NCBI RefSeq assembly: GCF_044704955.1
Contig: NC_091995.1
Coordinates: 17,546,001 to 17,610,000, forward strand
Origin: Pristiophorus japonicus
Lineage: Eukaryota
Direction: 5' to 3'
DNA length: 64,000 bases
The notes below the pieces were generated by a model, which did not search any database, was not told the DNA's origin, and saw nothing but the letters and a program-made list of their open reading frames with translations. The position numbers and the translations under genes were made by a program. Of this stretch, positions 35,501 through 49,558 are shown piece by piece; the first letter of the stretch is position 1; each line of letters begins with the position of its first letter.

Positions 35501-38500
35501 TTCCAGAAATGTGAGTGTATACCTATCAGGAAAAGATGAACAAGCTAAGTCACTTTTCTCCTGTAAAAAGCAGGTTGAAGGGTGACCTAATAGTGGTCTT
35601 TAAAATTCTGAAAAGTTTTGATGGAGTGGATACAGAGAGAATGTTTCCACTTGTGGGGAAGAGCGTAACTAGAGTCCATCAATATAAGATAGTCACCAAG
35701 AAATCCAATAGGGAATTCCGAAGAAAATTATTTATGCAAAGAGTGGTGAGAATTTGGAACTCACTACCACAGGGAAGGTTGAGGCGAATAGCATTGATGC
35801 ATTTAAGGGAAGCCTGGAGAACCATATGAGGGAGAAGGGAATAGCGGCTTATGCTGATTGATTTAAATGAGGAAAGACGGGAGGAGCCTCCAATGATGCA
35901 CATACGCTGGTGTGGACTGGTTGGGCCGAATGGCCTGTTTCTGTGCCGTATATCCTATGTAAACCTATGTAATACGATTGCCGATGACTTGCAACGCCAA
36001 CATCAGCATGGACATATTTGTCATGAGATATGTTACTGTTTACACCCCCGATGATGCTGTCTGATGGATTCCATTGATACATGTTTGGCTGTGTCATTAT
36101 GTCTCCTTTATTTTGGTACATGCCAGAATTAAATAACTAGTTGATTCATAAAGTACCCTTTCGGATTAGTGTAGGTTGCCTGACATTAAATCTGTAATTA
36201 TGTCTCTTTCCTGGAAGGGAGAGAACGCTCCTTTAAATGCACTCTGTCGACCCTCCTATCGGAGATTGCAAATTGATGATTACATTAAGATTCAAACGAC
36301 CACGTGGCGTTTTTTCAAACATACACATTGAGGAAGACAACTGTAGCACTACATAAATAGAAAGTGCATTTAATCTAAAAACAGAGCAGAACATTCTGCC
36401 AGTAGAGAGCAGGTTGGTCAGCACATGTGGAGAGAAAATCCGGGAAAACATTTTGGGCGTGACCGTTCTTTAGAACTGAAAAAATGAGAGGGGTTGGAAA
36501 AATAGTTGCAGATTCCTCAATAACCGGAGGTTAATGCTTTGAACCTGCTCAAAACAAGAACAGAGGGATTATTAAAAGATCAAAGCATTGCATGGTTAGG
36601 AGCACTAAAATAGTGGCTCAAGGAGGCAAACACAGAAGAGGCAATCATGAAAGACCCAGTTATGACCCCCCCACCCCAAAGCTGTGTTCAGACTATACTT
36701 CAACCCACCACTTTAGAACTCTCACGGCAACAGTAGCTCGCATCGACTTAGCGCCGTCAACGTGAAATATAGCCCCACGGCACTTCACAATGACACAAGG
36801 AACGATCCACGCCAAGCCAGCGGAGGAGGTGTTAGAAATGGACGAAAGCTGGATAAAAGTGACGGGTTTTAAGGTGGATCTAAAAGCAGAAGACGGGGGC
36901 AGGGGCGAAGGGGTTTAGGGAAGAGATTCCAGAGAATGGGGCCTGGATGGCTGAAAGCACAAATAATGATAGTGATATAGAGGGGGAATCACAACGTGGG
37001 ACTCAGAGAATGCGAATACTAGAGGTGGCTGGGTGAGGGGTGGGGGGCGGGGGAGGATGTTTTGTACGGGTGGAATCAAGGGACATAGAAACAGTGCAGG
37101 CAAGTGGAGTTGAGCTACAAGATCAGCCATGGTCTTATTGAATGGCGGAGAAGGCTCGCAGCTCCAAATGACCCACTCTTGCTATTACAGGGCTTGACAG
37201 GGTAGATGCAGGGAGATTCTTTCCTCTGGCTGGGGAGTCTAGAATCAGGAGTCACAGTCTCAGAATAAGGGGTCGGCCATTTTAGACAGATGAGGAGAAA
37301 TTTCTTCACTCAGATTATGGTGAATCTTTGGAATGCCCAACTCAAGAGGGCTGAGGAGGCTCAGTCGTTGAGTATATTCAAGATGGAGATCGATAGACAT
37401 TTGGTCTCTAGGGGAATCAAGGGATATGTGGATGGTGCAGGAAAATGGAGGTGAGGCCAAGATCAGATCAGTCATGATGTTATTTAATAGCAGACAATGC
37501 ACGAGCGGCCGAATGGCATACACCTGCTCCTAATTCTTCTGTTCTTCTGTTCCTATTTCTTATGTTCTTATGTTCTAGACCCTGCAGGACTAACATGTGT
37601 GTTCCTAACATTCCACTTGCCATTTTATGCTCATATCTGCCATCTGTCTCTTGTTTAAGACCCTCCATTTTCTTATGATGTAATTGCTTCTTTCTTTCAA
37701 AACTTCCTAACTGAGGTGATCTTAAAATCGCTTGGCAATCTCCTGCTTCACTATTCAGCAGGGGTTTTTCATCCCATTAGCTTGCTCTGGAGCATCTGCT
37801 GTTTCCTTCTCTCCCTTTTGCTGGTTCTGTTAAGAAGATAAATTGTCTCTCACTCGGTACAGAATATTCACGTGTCATTTATTTATCTCTATAGATGTTG
37901 ACTGACCTGCAGTGTTCTTTCAGCATTCTCTGACCTTGTTTCGCAACAAGAACAGTGCTCTATAAGGAAGTGTAGCATTTAGAATCAAGTCAAGAATGAT
38001 CACCTTGCAGCTCGATAAAAATCGATGTGTTGGCATAACCGCCCCCCCCCCCCCCGCCTCCCCCGCCGAATTGGAATCAGAGAATCATAGAGATTTACGG
38101 CACAGAGGTCAGTGACCAGCCGGCATAGATTTAAAGTAATTGGTGGAAGGATTAGAGGGTTTTTACATAGGATCACATAGTATATATAGAACAGAAACAG
38201 GCTATTCAGCACAACCAATCCGTGCTGACGTTTATCGGCTGAAAAAGAGATATCCGCCCTAATCGAACATTCCAGCTCTTGGTCCGTAACCTATTAGGTT
38301 ACGGCATTTCAAGTGCACATACAAGTACTTTTTAAATTTGGTGAGGGTTTCTTCCACCCTTTCAGGCAGTGAGTTCCAGATCCCCACCACCCTCTGCGTG
38401 AAAATATTTTACCTCTGAACAATTACTTACAGTCTTTGCCCCCTGGTTGTTGACCTCTACGCTAAGGGAAGTAGGTCTGTTCAGTCCACTCTATCTGGAT

Positions 38501-41500
38501 CGCTAATAATGTTAGATACTTCAATTAGGTCTCCCCTCAGCCTGCTCTGTTCCAAAGAAAACAAACCTCAGCCTATCCAATCTTTCCTCATAGCTAAAAA
38601 TTTGCAGTACAGGCAACATCTTCGTAAATCGCCTCTGTAACCTATCTGATGCAATCACATCCTTCCTGTAATGTGGTGACCAGACCTGCACGTTGTACTC
38701 TAGCTGAGGCCTAACTGGTGTTTTGTGCAGTTGAAGCATAACCTCCCAATTCTTATAATTTATTCTTCGGCTAATAAAGGCAAATATCTCGTATGTCTTG
38801 TTACCCAATTGATCTACTGATCCTGTTACTTTCTGCCATGTGGGACCTGTTAAAAGCGTTGCTAAAATCCATGTACCCTACACCAAATGTACTGCCCTCA
38901 TCGACCCTCCTTAGATCCTCCTCAAAAAATTCAATCAAGTTAGTCAGACACGACCTTCCCTTAAAGAATCCATGCAGACTACCCTTGATTAAACCGTGTC
39001 TTTCTAAATGAAGATTTATCCAGTCCCTCCGAAATTTTTTCAGTAATTTTCACACCACCGATGTTAGGCTGATTGGCCTGTAATTACTCGCTCTATCCCT
39101 TTCTACCTATTTAAACAAAGGTGCAACAGTTGCAGTACTCTCTTCCTCCGACACCATACCTGTAGCCCGAGAGGATTGGAAAATGATGGTCCGAGCTTCT
39201 GCTCTTTCCTCCCTTGCTTCTCTCAACAGCCTAGGATGCATTTCATCCGGGACTGGGGATTTATCCACTTTCAGAGATGCTAAACCCCTTAATACTTTGT
39301 ATTCCATTATGTTTATTTCATCTAATACTTCACATTCTTCCTCGCTGATTGCCATTTCTGCATCGCCCTCTCTTTTGTGAAAACAAACGCAAAGTATTAA
39401 TCAACAACCATACCCACGCCTTCTGCCTCCACACACAGATTACCTTTATGGTCTCTAATAGGCCCTACTCTTTCTTTACTTATCCTCTTGCTCTTAATGT
39501 ATTTATAAAACATGTTTGGGTTTTGGTTGACTTTACATGTCGACATTTTTCCTGCTCTCACGTTGCTTTCCAAATTTCCTTTTTAATTGCAACCCTGCAC
39601 TTTCTATACTCCTGTAGAATTTCTGTCATAAGCCTCTAATTTAAAAAAACCTACCTTGTATGCCCTTTCCATCCAGGGGGTTCTAGATTTGTGAGTTCCA
39701 CCGTTTTTCGTTTAGGGAACATACTGGTTCGGAACCCTCATTAACCGCTTCCTTGAATGCTTCCCACTGCTCTGAAACCGATTTAACTTCAAGAGGCTGG
39801 TTACAGTCCACTTTGGCTAAATCATATTTCAGCTTAGTAAAATTGGCTTTTCCCCAATTGAAACAAAGAAACATAGAAAATAGGTGCAGGAGTAGGCCAT
39901 TCGGCCCTTCGAGCCTGCCCCATCATTCAATAAGATCATGGCTGATCATTCACCTCAGTATCCCTTTCCTGCTTTCTCTCCATATCCCTTGATGCCTTTA
40001 GCCGTAAGGGCCATATCTAACTGCCGCTTGAATATATCCAATGAACTGGCATCAACAACTCTCTGCAGTAGGGAATTCCACAGGTTAACAACTCTCTGAG
40101 TGAAGAAGTTTCTCCTCAAATTATTGCGAAATATTATTCCTGGTCTATCTTTGTCCTTTTCCATAACTGCCCTGAATCTAACTAAATTATAATTACTAGC
40201 TTCACAATTCTGTCTCACTGATATCCCTTCCACTTCCTTAGATTCTTTCCCCAAAACTAGGTCCGGAACCACCCTTGTTGGGCTTGCTTTGTACTGGCTC
40301 AAAAAGTTCCCCTGAAAGCATTTTAGGAATTCTGAATCCTCTGTACCATTCACACTAATTGTATCCCAATTAATATTCTGGTAATTTAAATCTCCTACTA
40401 TTACTGCCCTATAGTTTATGCTCCACTCGAGCCTTCTCCCATCTGTCCTCATTTAAATATATCAGCATTACCTTCTATTCCCTCCTTCCTCATATACTGG
40501 TCTAGCCTCCCCCCTTAAATGCATATATACTATTCACTTCTACCACTCCCTGTGGTAGAGAGTGTCACATTCTCACCACCCTATGGGTAAATACATTTCT
40601 GCTGAATTCCCTATTTGATTTCTTGGTGACTATTTATATTGATGCCATAAATGCCATCCATAATTTTAAACACCACCATTAGGTCACCCCTCAGCCTTCT
40701 TTATGGAAAGAAAAGAGACCTGGACTGTTCATCCTTTCCTGATATATGTACCTATGCATTTCTGGTATTACCTTTGTAAATCTTCTCTGTACCCTCTCCA
40801 ACGTCTCTATATCCTTTTAATAACAAGGCAACCACAACTGTATGCAGTACTCCAAGTGTTGTCTAACCAAGGTTCGTTACAGGTTTCGCATAACTTCCCT
40901 ACTTTTCAATTATCTCCCTTTAGAAATAAACCCTAGTTGCTTGGTTTGCTTTTTTTGATGTTGAGGCGAATATTTTCACCACAGTGGTAGGGAACTGCCT
41001 GAAAGGGTGGTAGAGGCAGATTCCCTCATCATATTTAAAAATGATTCCAATATGCACTTGAAGTGTTGTTACCTGCAAAGCTACGGATCAAGAGCTGGAT
41101 CTCATAACTTTTAATGAAAGCAAAATGCCATGGAATCCAAGGCGAAATGTCAAGTTGTATCCAAAATTGGCCGAGGGGCAGGAAGCAAAGGGTAAAGGTC
41201 GATGGATGTTTTCTTGACTGGAAGGCTGGAATCCTGTTGGGTTCCACTGGGCTCAGTGCTCGGTCCCTTGCCTTTTGTGGTATATGTTAATGATTTAGAC
41301 TTGAATGTAGTGGGTATGATTAAGAAATTTGCAGTTTAAACAAACATTGGCCATGTGGTTGATAATGAAGAAGAAAGCTGTAGACTGCAGGAAGATATCA
41401 ATGAAATTGTCAGGTGGGCAGAATAATGGCAAATGGAGTACAATCAAGAGAAGTGTGAGGTAATGCATTTGGGGACGGGTAACAAGGCAAGATAGGCACA

Positions 41501-42245
41501 ATCAATGGTAGGACACTGAGAAGTGTAGAGGAGAAAGAGACCTTGGAGTGCATGTCCACAGATTCCTGAAGGTAGCAGGAAGGTACATAAGGTGGTTAAG
41601 AAGGCATACGGAATACATGCGTTTATTAGCGGAGGCATAGAATACAAGATCAAGGACGTTATATTTGAAATGTATAAAACACTAGTTAGGCCACAGCTAG
41701 AGTATTGCATGCAGTTCTGGTCACCACATTGCAGAAAAGATGTGATTGCACTAGAGAGGGTCCAGATGAGATTTACGTAGATGTTGCCTGGACTGGAGAA
41801 TGTTAGCAATGATGAAAGATTGGATAGGCTGGGTTTGGAGAGGAGGAGTCTGAGTGGAGACATTATTGAGGTCCATAATATTATGAGGGGCCTAGATAGA
41901 GTCGATAGGAAGCACTTATTTCATTTAGCAGAGAGGACAACAAGCAGGGGGCATAGATTTAACATAGTTGGTAGGAGGTTTAGCGGGGATTTAAGGGGAA
42001 AGCTTTGCACCTAAAGAGTTGTGGGGGTCTGCAACTCATTTGTGGGGGTCTGCAACTCATTGTCTGAAAGGGTAGTAGAGGCAGAAACCCTCACCCCATT
42101 TAAAAAATACTTGAATATGCACTTGAAGTGCAGTACAAGGCTACGGACCAGGAGCTGGAAAGTAGGTCTAGACTGTATAGATTTTTTTTTGGTCGGCACA
42201 GATACGATGGCCCATTGGTCTCCTTCAGTGCCGTAAATTTTTATG
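32541..42245. mobile_element. Cluster of truncated CR1 fragments on both strands, with a probable L2-like fragment at ~36730-37030
   Basis: Many ORFs with LVRPHLEYCVQFW / RRMRGDL / GVPQGS motifs (32851, 34496, 35515, 38521, 39107, 39955, 41592, 41781). Confidence 0.8.
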
Positions 42246-44707
42246 ATGTGAAAAGAATGACATATCTGCTTTATTTGATCAAATCCCATTGCATGTTATT
42301 TTATTGGACTCTTGAAGTGTTTCTAAGTGAACAATTTAACAATTTACTTAAAATGACCTGTAAAATTATTGCATGTGAAGTGGATAAGTTTCCTTTTGTT
42401 TTATTGTTTATTTGCACAATATAAACTCAGGGCCCAGGCGTAACGTCCGAATTTTAGGCAGTTCCTGTGGATTTTGGACTTTTGCTGTAGTTCTTCCATG
42501 TCATGACACTAACTTGAAAGGAGGATGGAGCTGACAACAGATTGGTATGGAGTTCACTCACGCTTTCCTCAGCAACGTGCAGTGTTGACTGAAGTTGATG
42601 AACGGTCCTCGTAGCTTAAATTAGGTGACTGCAAGTAAGAAACAACCATATGTCTTTGTGGCCGAGCAGCTTCCTGACCTCCAACACCAGGGAATTCAGT
42701 TATAGATGTTGAACGCTGCTCGTTGTCTTTAATAGACGTGGCATTTACCTCAAGTGTTTTGCAGAATTTCATTGCTAGTGCACATCCGTCTGAAGTTATC
42801 GGGCTACGTGCAAATTAGCACACCCGACATGAAGTTTCGTAACTTGCTGATGAGCCACATGTTGCACAGAATACACGTCAATGAAGAAATGCAAAACCAC
42901 CGCCCCCCCCATATAATTCCTTCTTTAAATATTAAACATCTTGAAAAGCAAACGCGACCAACATAAAATAATAACTTGATTTGGGGCTTTTCAATTAGTT
43001 TGATGCAGGAAATTTAGGGGGGCATGAAAAATCTCAGGAAGCTATTTACATAATTGACCCCCGGCCCTCCTGCTGAAGTAGTTGATTCACGGTTTGCCAG
43101 GTCGGGTGGCACAGTTTAATATTTATGTTTTGCAGGTAGACTCTAAAAGAGTTTCACGGTTTGTCTGTTTTCCACAGGTGGCGGGACTCAGCTGCTTCGC
43201 AATTGGCCATTTTCATCTCTGAGCCCGGACAATGACTGATGGGTGCTATTCAACTAAGGACTCCCCTCACCCCACCCCAACCTCCACCTGGCCAAATATT
43301 AGCAGATGACAGGTTGGGCTCAGTGTCTAATTCTGGCTCAAGTATCCTATTCCTTCAGCATTACTTTGGTTCTGAATCTTTACTCCCGTCTGTAACCGTG
43401 GACGCATTTTGACCTTAAAGCCACCACGTTACTTCCTGCAAGATGGAGGATGCTTACTGTATAGTCATTAGCCAACTGGCAAGGGTTGGACCGGGCACTC
43501 GCTTCAAGCATAATGTATCCCAAAACAGCCCACCGCCGCCCACATTAATATGTATCGGTATCGTTCAGTTTGGGTTGATAGTTCATATCATCAGACCCGA
43601 ATTAACGCAGTTCAACACAAACAAAACTGTTTATGCTGTTGTTTGTGTTACTGCAAAGTGAAAATCAGCGTATAGGTGGCAATATAACTCTGAAGTTTCC
43701 CACTTCACTAACATCCTGATGTGTGAGAGTCCACATAGGAAGCCGTCCTTCACTGCTTGGAGTTCTCAAAGTAGGCATTCCAAATTGAACTTTAAGAAAA
43801 AGCGGTGGTGCATTTATATAGCGATTTTGAGACTTCGTAAAATGCCTTCATCGCCTTCTCTTGCCAAATAGAGCCGCCGCACATTTTACTTCCAGGTGAG
43901 AGGGTGGAAGCGGCTTTGCATAGCTAAAGCAAAACATCCTGCCCTTTATATTCTAGCCCTCTAGATGTAAAATATAACATTTCATTAGACATTTTGATTA
44001 TTTTTTTGTACATGGTCACCACATTTTAATGACTTGTGTACATGGAGCCCTAACTCTCTTTGGGCCTCGACTGTTCCTAGTTTTTCACCTATTAAACATA
44101 TTTGTATCGATTCTGTGCTGGTCCAAAATGTATGCCGTCACCCTTTGTGGCGTTGAAATCCAACTGCCACAGTTTTACCCACTCACTTGATCTATCAATT
44201 TTATGCTCTCTTGTATATTAATTAATACACCAGCTATCATTACATCTTTGGTAAAATTGGATATATGGCTCCCTATTGTGCTGAGTCATTCATACTTATA
44301 GTGAATAGAAGAGACTGCAGCAGATCCTTGTGGGATACTACAAATTAATTCCTTCTAATTGTAGTACAATCCCATTAATCCTACTCTGCGTATTCCACCG
44401 TCTAACCAATCATATAACCAGGTGAATAATTTGCCTTTAATTCCATGCGTTTTCACTTTAACCAACAATCTTTTATGCAGAACCATAGCAAATATTTTCT
44501 GGAGATTCATATAAATTCCCCTGTCGGTTACTTTAATCGCTTCCTCAAAAAATTCAATGAACTTAGTTAGACATGAACTACCTGTTACAATTTCATGTTG
44601 GCTCACTCTAATTAGCTCAAATTTCTCCAAGTGTTCAATCACTCCGTCCTTAATTATAGATCCTAATAACTTCCTCACCACAGTACTGCTTCAGTTAGCT
44701 ACTGTGT

Positions 44708-45200
44708 TAGCTGTGGCTCCGTGGATAGCACTTCCTTCTTTGAATCAGAAAGTTGTCGGTTCAAATCCCACTCCAAGACTTGAGTAGAAAGAGTGTAGGT
44801 TGAAACTCCAGTGCTAGTACTAAGGCAATTTACATCTTTGGTAAACTTGGATATATGGCACTCTCTTGTGCTATGTAAGTTACTAAAACTTATAGTGAAG
44901 CAGTATTGCACAGTCAGAGGTGCCGTCTTTTGGACGAGATGTTAAACCAAGACTCCATCTGCTCTCTTAAGATTCCATGGCACTATTTCGAAGAAGAATA
45001 GGAGAGTTCTCCCAGGTGCCTTGGCCAATATTTTTCCCTCAATCAACATAAAAAAACAGATTATCTGGTCATCATCACATTGCTGTTTGTGGGAGCTTGC
45101 TTGTGTGCAAATTATCTGCCGCATTCCTACACTACAACAGTGACTACACTCCAAAAGTACTTCATTGGCTGTAAAGTGCTTTGAGACGTCCAGTGGTCTT
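44708..45200 (+). mobile_element. DeuSINE/SacSINE1-like SINE
   Basis: tRNA-like head (ggttcaaatccc B box) and conserved core ttgctgtttgtgggagcttgc..caaatt..acaacagtgactacact. Confidence 0.7.
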
Positions 45201-48200
45201 TCTTTTTTTTACTGGGGGCATCCAAAAATCAGATTATTCATTCTACCAGTCGGACTTTATTACTGTGGGAGGTCAATGCTGTTTCTGATCTTTCAATGGT
45301 TTGCAGCCATGTTTTCTTCAACACCATGGATTTTATTGACATTTTGGAAAGATAAAATATGGCCCAAATCAATAATATCTTATGTTTAATGGGTCGCTAT
45401 CTGTGATAGTAAGATGCTGGGTACAATCTGTGATCAAGATACTATTTCGAGCACGAAGATTGAACAGCATTATGTTTTATTGATCTGTTGAATCATCATT
45501 GAAACTTTCAACAAACTCTTATGCTTAAGCACCGCGATGTACTTTGCCAGTGATATCGTTGCAATCACCCTGAAACAGGTTTGATGGGTGAGATAGTTTG
45601 CAGGAGTCATGCAAAGTAGCATGATATTTACACTTTAGTCTCGTGGCCCCGTTTACACTGAATTCCTCACTGCAGTCCCTTCCTTATGCAGGTCCTATAT
45701 TTCATGTTGTTTTCTTCTTCACTGTTGCATATGCTTTACATGTACTTTCATTCTGTTTATGTTCAAGTAATAACAACATATTATAAACTTTACCATAGAC
45801 CGAAATGAAGGAAAATGTGTTAAAAATGATCAACGAATCTATCAAAACTGAATAAACGACAGACGGCAGAGTTCTTACCAAACATTTGACATGAGTACAC
45901 AAGAGCTTGAAAGTTAACATAAGGTATAATTTTGCCTATACACTATAATAAGCCAAATTGAAATCTTATTTATAAAGAATCGTTTCGCTTTTAATTACAC
46001 ATAACGCTCCCCAGGTGTTATTTTTTCATCCAAACCCTTAAACCTTTCTATCAAATGTCTGTGCCACCTTCTTTAGGGAGGCATAGTATCTATATCTTAA
46101 ATTGGTTTAAAAACATCTCCGTTGAAAGGATATCATACCAAATGCTTTTAAGTGTTGGGACATAAGAACATAAGAAATAGGAGCAGGAGTAGACCATTTT
46201 GCCCCTCGAGCCTGCTCCACGATTTAATAAGATAAGCTCATCTGATATTGCATTCAGCTGCACTTTCCTGCCCGCTCCCCATATCCCTTCACTCCCTCAT
46301 CATTCAAAAATATGTCCATCTCCAACTTCAATATATTCAATGACCCAGCCTCCACAGCTACCTGGGGCAGAGAATTCCACAGATATACGACCCTATGAGA
46401 GAAGACATTCCTCCTCATCTCTGTTCTAAATGGGCAACATCTTACTCTTAAACTATGCACCCTAGTTCTAGATTCCCCCTTCAGTAACAATGTATAATTC
46501 CAAGGCTTATAACTGGAAATATAAGTATGGTTTACATTTTCTCTTTATTAATTCAAAGGAAAACATGCAGCCAAGTATTAATTCATAAAGCAGAGTACAT
46601 TATTAAGGAAGAAGGAGCAGGACGTTTGGAAAAGCATAATATAGTCAAGCAGAATCAGCATGGTTTTATGAAAGGGAAATCATGTTTGACAAATTTGCTG
46701 GAGCTCTTTGAGGATGTAACGGACATTGTGGATAAAGGGAAACCAGTGCATGTGGGGTATTTGGATTTTCAGAAGGCATTCGATAAGGTACCACATAAAA
46801 GGTTACTTCACAAGATAAAAGCTCACGAGCTTGGGGGTAATTTATTAGCATGGATAGCGGACTGATTAACTAACAGAAAACAGAGAAACGGGATAAGTGG
46901 GGCATTTTCCAGTTGGCAACCGGTAACTAGTGGGAACACAGGGTTCGAGGCTGGGCCTCAAATTTTACAGTCTATATTAATGACGTGAATGAATGAACCG
47001 AGTGTAATGTAGCCAAGTTCGTTGATGAAAAAAGTTGGGTGGAAAAGCAAGTTGCGCGGAGGACAAAACGAATCTACAAAGGGATATAGACAGGCTAAGT
47101 GAGTGGGCAAACATTTGACAGCTGTAATTAAATGTGGGAAATGTGAGGTTATCCACTTTGGCAGAAAATATAGAAACACAAAGTCTTATTTAAATGGAGA
47201 GAGATTACAACATGCTGCAGTAAGGAGGGACTTGGGATTATTGTGCATGAAACATAAAAAGTTACTATGCAGGTACAGCAAGTAATCAGGAAGACAAATT
47301 GAATGTTGGCCTTTATTGCAAGGAGGATGGAGTATAAAAACAGAAGTATTGCTGCAACTGTATAGGGTATTGGTGAGGCCACACCAAGAGCAATGCATAG
47401 TTTTGGTCTCCTTATTTAAGGATGGATATAATTGCATTGGAGGCAGTTCAAAGTAGGTTCACTAGGTTGATTCCTGAGATGAGGGGGTTGACGTATGAAG
47501 AAAGGTTGAGTAGGTTGGGCCTATACTCATTGGAATCTAGAAGAATGAGAGGCGTTCTTATTGAAACATATAATATACTGAGCGGGTAGATGCAGAGAGG
47601 ATATTTCCACTCGAAGGGGAATCTAGAACTAGGGGACATAGTTTAAGAATAGGGGGTTACCCATATAGAACTGAGATGAGGAAGAATTTCTTCTCTCAGA
47701 GGATCGTAAAAATGTGGAACACTCTGCCCCAGAGAGCAGTGGAGGCTGGCTCATTCAATATATGTAAGTTGGAAATAGACAGATTTTTGAATGATACGTG
47801 AGTCAAGGTTATGGGGAGTGGGCAGGGAAGTGGAACTGAGCCCAAGATCAGATCAGGCTTGATGTTATAGAATGGCAGAGCAGGATCGAGGTGCCGAATG
47901 GCCTATTTCTGCTCCTTCTTTGCTATGTTCCTATCTTCCTATTTTCCATCCGGAGTAGCACGTGAAATTTCCTGGCCATCCAATCACAGCACAAGTATTA
48001 TTGCCTTTGAGAAAGATAACAGAGGCAAAGAAGAAAGTTGCAGTGTGGGTTGAAATGGTGCATGGGCAGTGTTGCATGAGTTAAATGCTGTTAACTGCTG
48101 TTAAACGCTGCGCCCGCTATTCCACTCTAGTGACTTCAATGGAACAGAATATCGATGGTACAGTACCACGGTCAGCAAATGAGTTTCTGTCTTTTTGGCA

Positions 48201-49326
48201 TCTCCACCAATGACCAATTTCATCCCCAAGCTGACCGGCGGTCAGAAATTAGGTAGCAAAAAGTGGCTTATGACAAATCTAAGGTTCATAATAAGAGTCG
48301 AAAACCAGGCTGAATGTAAAAAGTAGAGAGGAGACCCAGAACAGGAATAAGAACATAAGAACATTAAAAAATGCGAGCTGCAGTAGGCCATTTGGCCCCT
48401 CGAGCCTGCTCCCCATTCAATAAGATCATGGCTGATCTGATCAGTGACTCAGCTCCACTTCCATGCCTGCTCCCCATAATCCTTTTTTCCCTTATCACTC
48501 AAAAATCTGTCTAACTCTGCCTTAAACATATTCAATGACCCAGCCTCCACAGCTCTCTGGGGCAGAAAATACCACTGATTTACAACCCTCTGAGAGAAGA
48601 AATTCTTCCTCATTTCAGTTTAAAATGAGTGGCCCTTTATTCTGAGACTATGCCCTATGAGTGGAAATAACTTCTCTGCATCCACCTTGTCGAGACCCCT
48701 CATTATCTTATATGTTTCGATAAGATCACCTCTCATCCCTCTGAACACCAATGAGTACAGGCCCAACTTACTGAACATATCTTCATAGGTCAACCACCTC
48801 ATTTCTGTAATCAACCTAGTGAACCCTCGCTGAACTTCATCCAATGCAAGTATACCCTACCTTAAATACGGAGACCAAAACTGAATGCAGTACTTTAGGT
48901 GCCGCCTCAACAATAACCTGCACAGTGGTAGCAGGACTTCTCTGCTTTTAAACTCCATCGTCCTTGCAATAAAGGACAACATTCCATTTGCCTTACTGAT
49001 TACTTAATGTACCTGCATACTAAAGTTTTGTGTTTCATACACAAGTACCCCCAGGTCCCTCTGATTTGCAGCATTTTGCAATTTTTCTCCGTTTAAATTT
49101 CTATTTTTTCTGCCAAAGTGCATAACCTCACATTTTTCCACACTATACTCCAGAGGGGCAAAGAGAGAGAGGGAGAGAGAATATTAGAACATATGAGCGG
49201 CTAAAATAAAAGGGAACTCAAAAATATTTTATGAACATATACATAGTAAAAGTGTAGTCAAGGATGGGTGCGGCCGATTAGGGACCAAAAGGAAAATATT
49301 CTTGTTCTGGCAGAGGTATCACTGAG

Positions 49327-49558
49327 GGAGGTGGGTGGAGTGGCTTGACCCATCCACCTCCACGGAGGTGTGTGGGGGGCCTGACCCATCCACCTCCATG
49401 GCACGAACCTGGTATTGCAGTACTTCCAGGAACGGTGCAGTGGCTCTCGGCCTTTTGGCTAAGAGCATTGGCGCAGAGTGATCCTTGATGTGTGCAAGGT
49501 GACCTCTGGCGTTTGTGATTTGACAAAGAATTGGAAAGATTGGCAACGAAAAAAAAAA
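49327..49558 (+). mobile_element. Poly(A)-tailed insert built from rearranged U2 snRNA segments (SINEU-like candidate)
   Basis: ACCTGGTATTGCAGTACTTCCAGGAACGGTGCA (49407-49439) corresponds to the U2 3' stem-loop IV. TCTCGGCCTTTTGGCTAAGA (49445-49464) corresponds to the U2 5' end. A10 tail; sits inside a CR1 fragment. Confidence 0.7.

Noticed and set aside
49327-49464. Functional U2 snRNA gene
   Set aside because: The segments are in permuted order, the branch-point recognition sequence and Sm site are missing, and the insert has a poly(A) tail inside a CR1.
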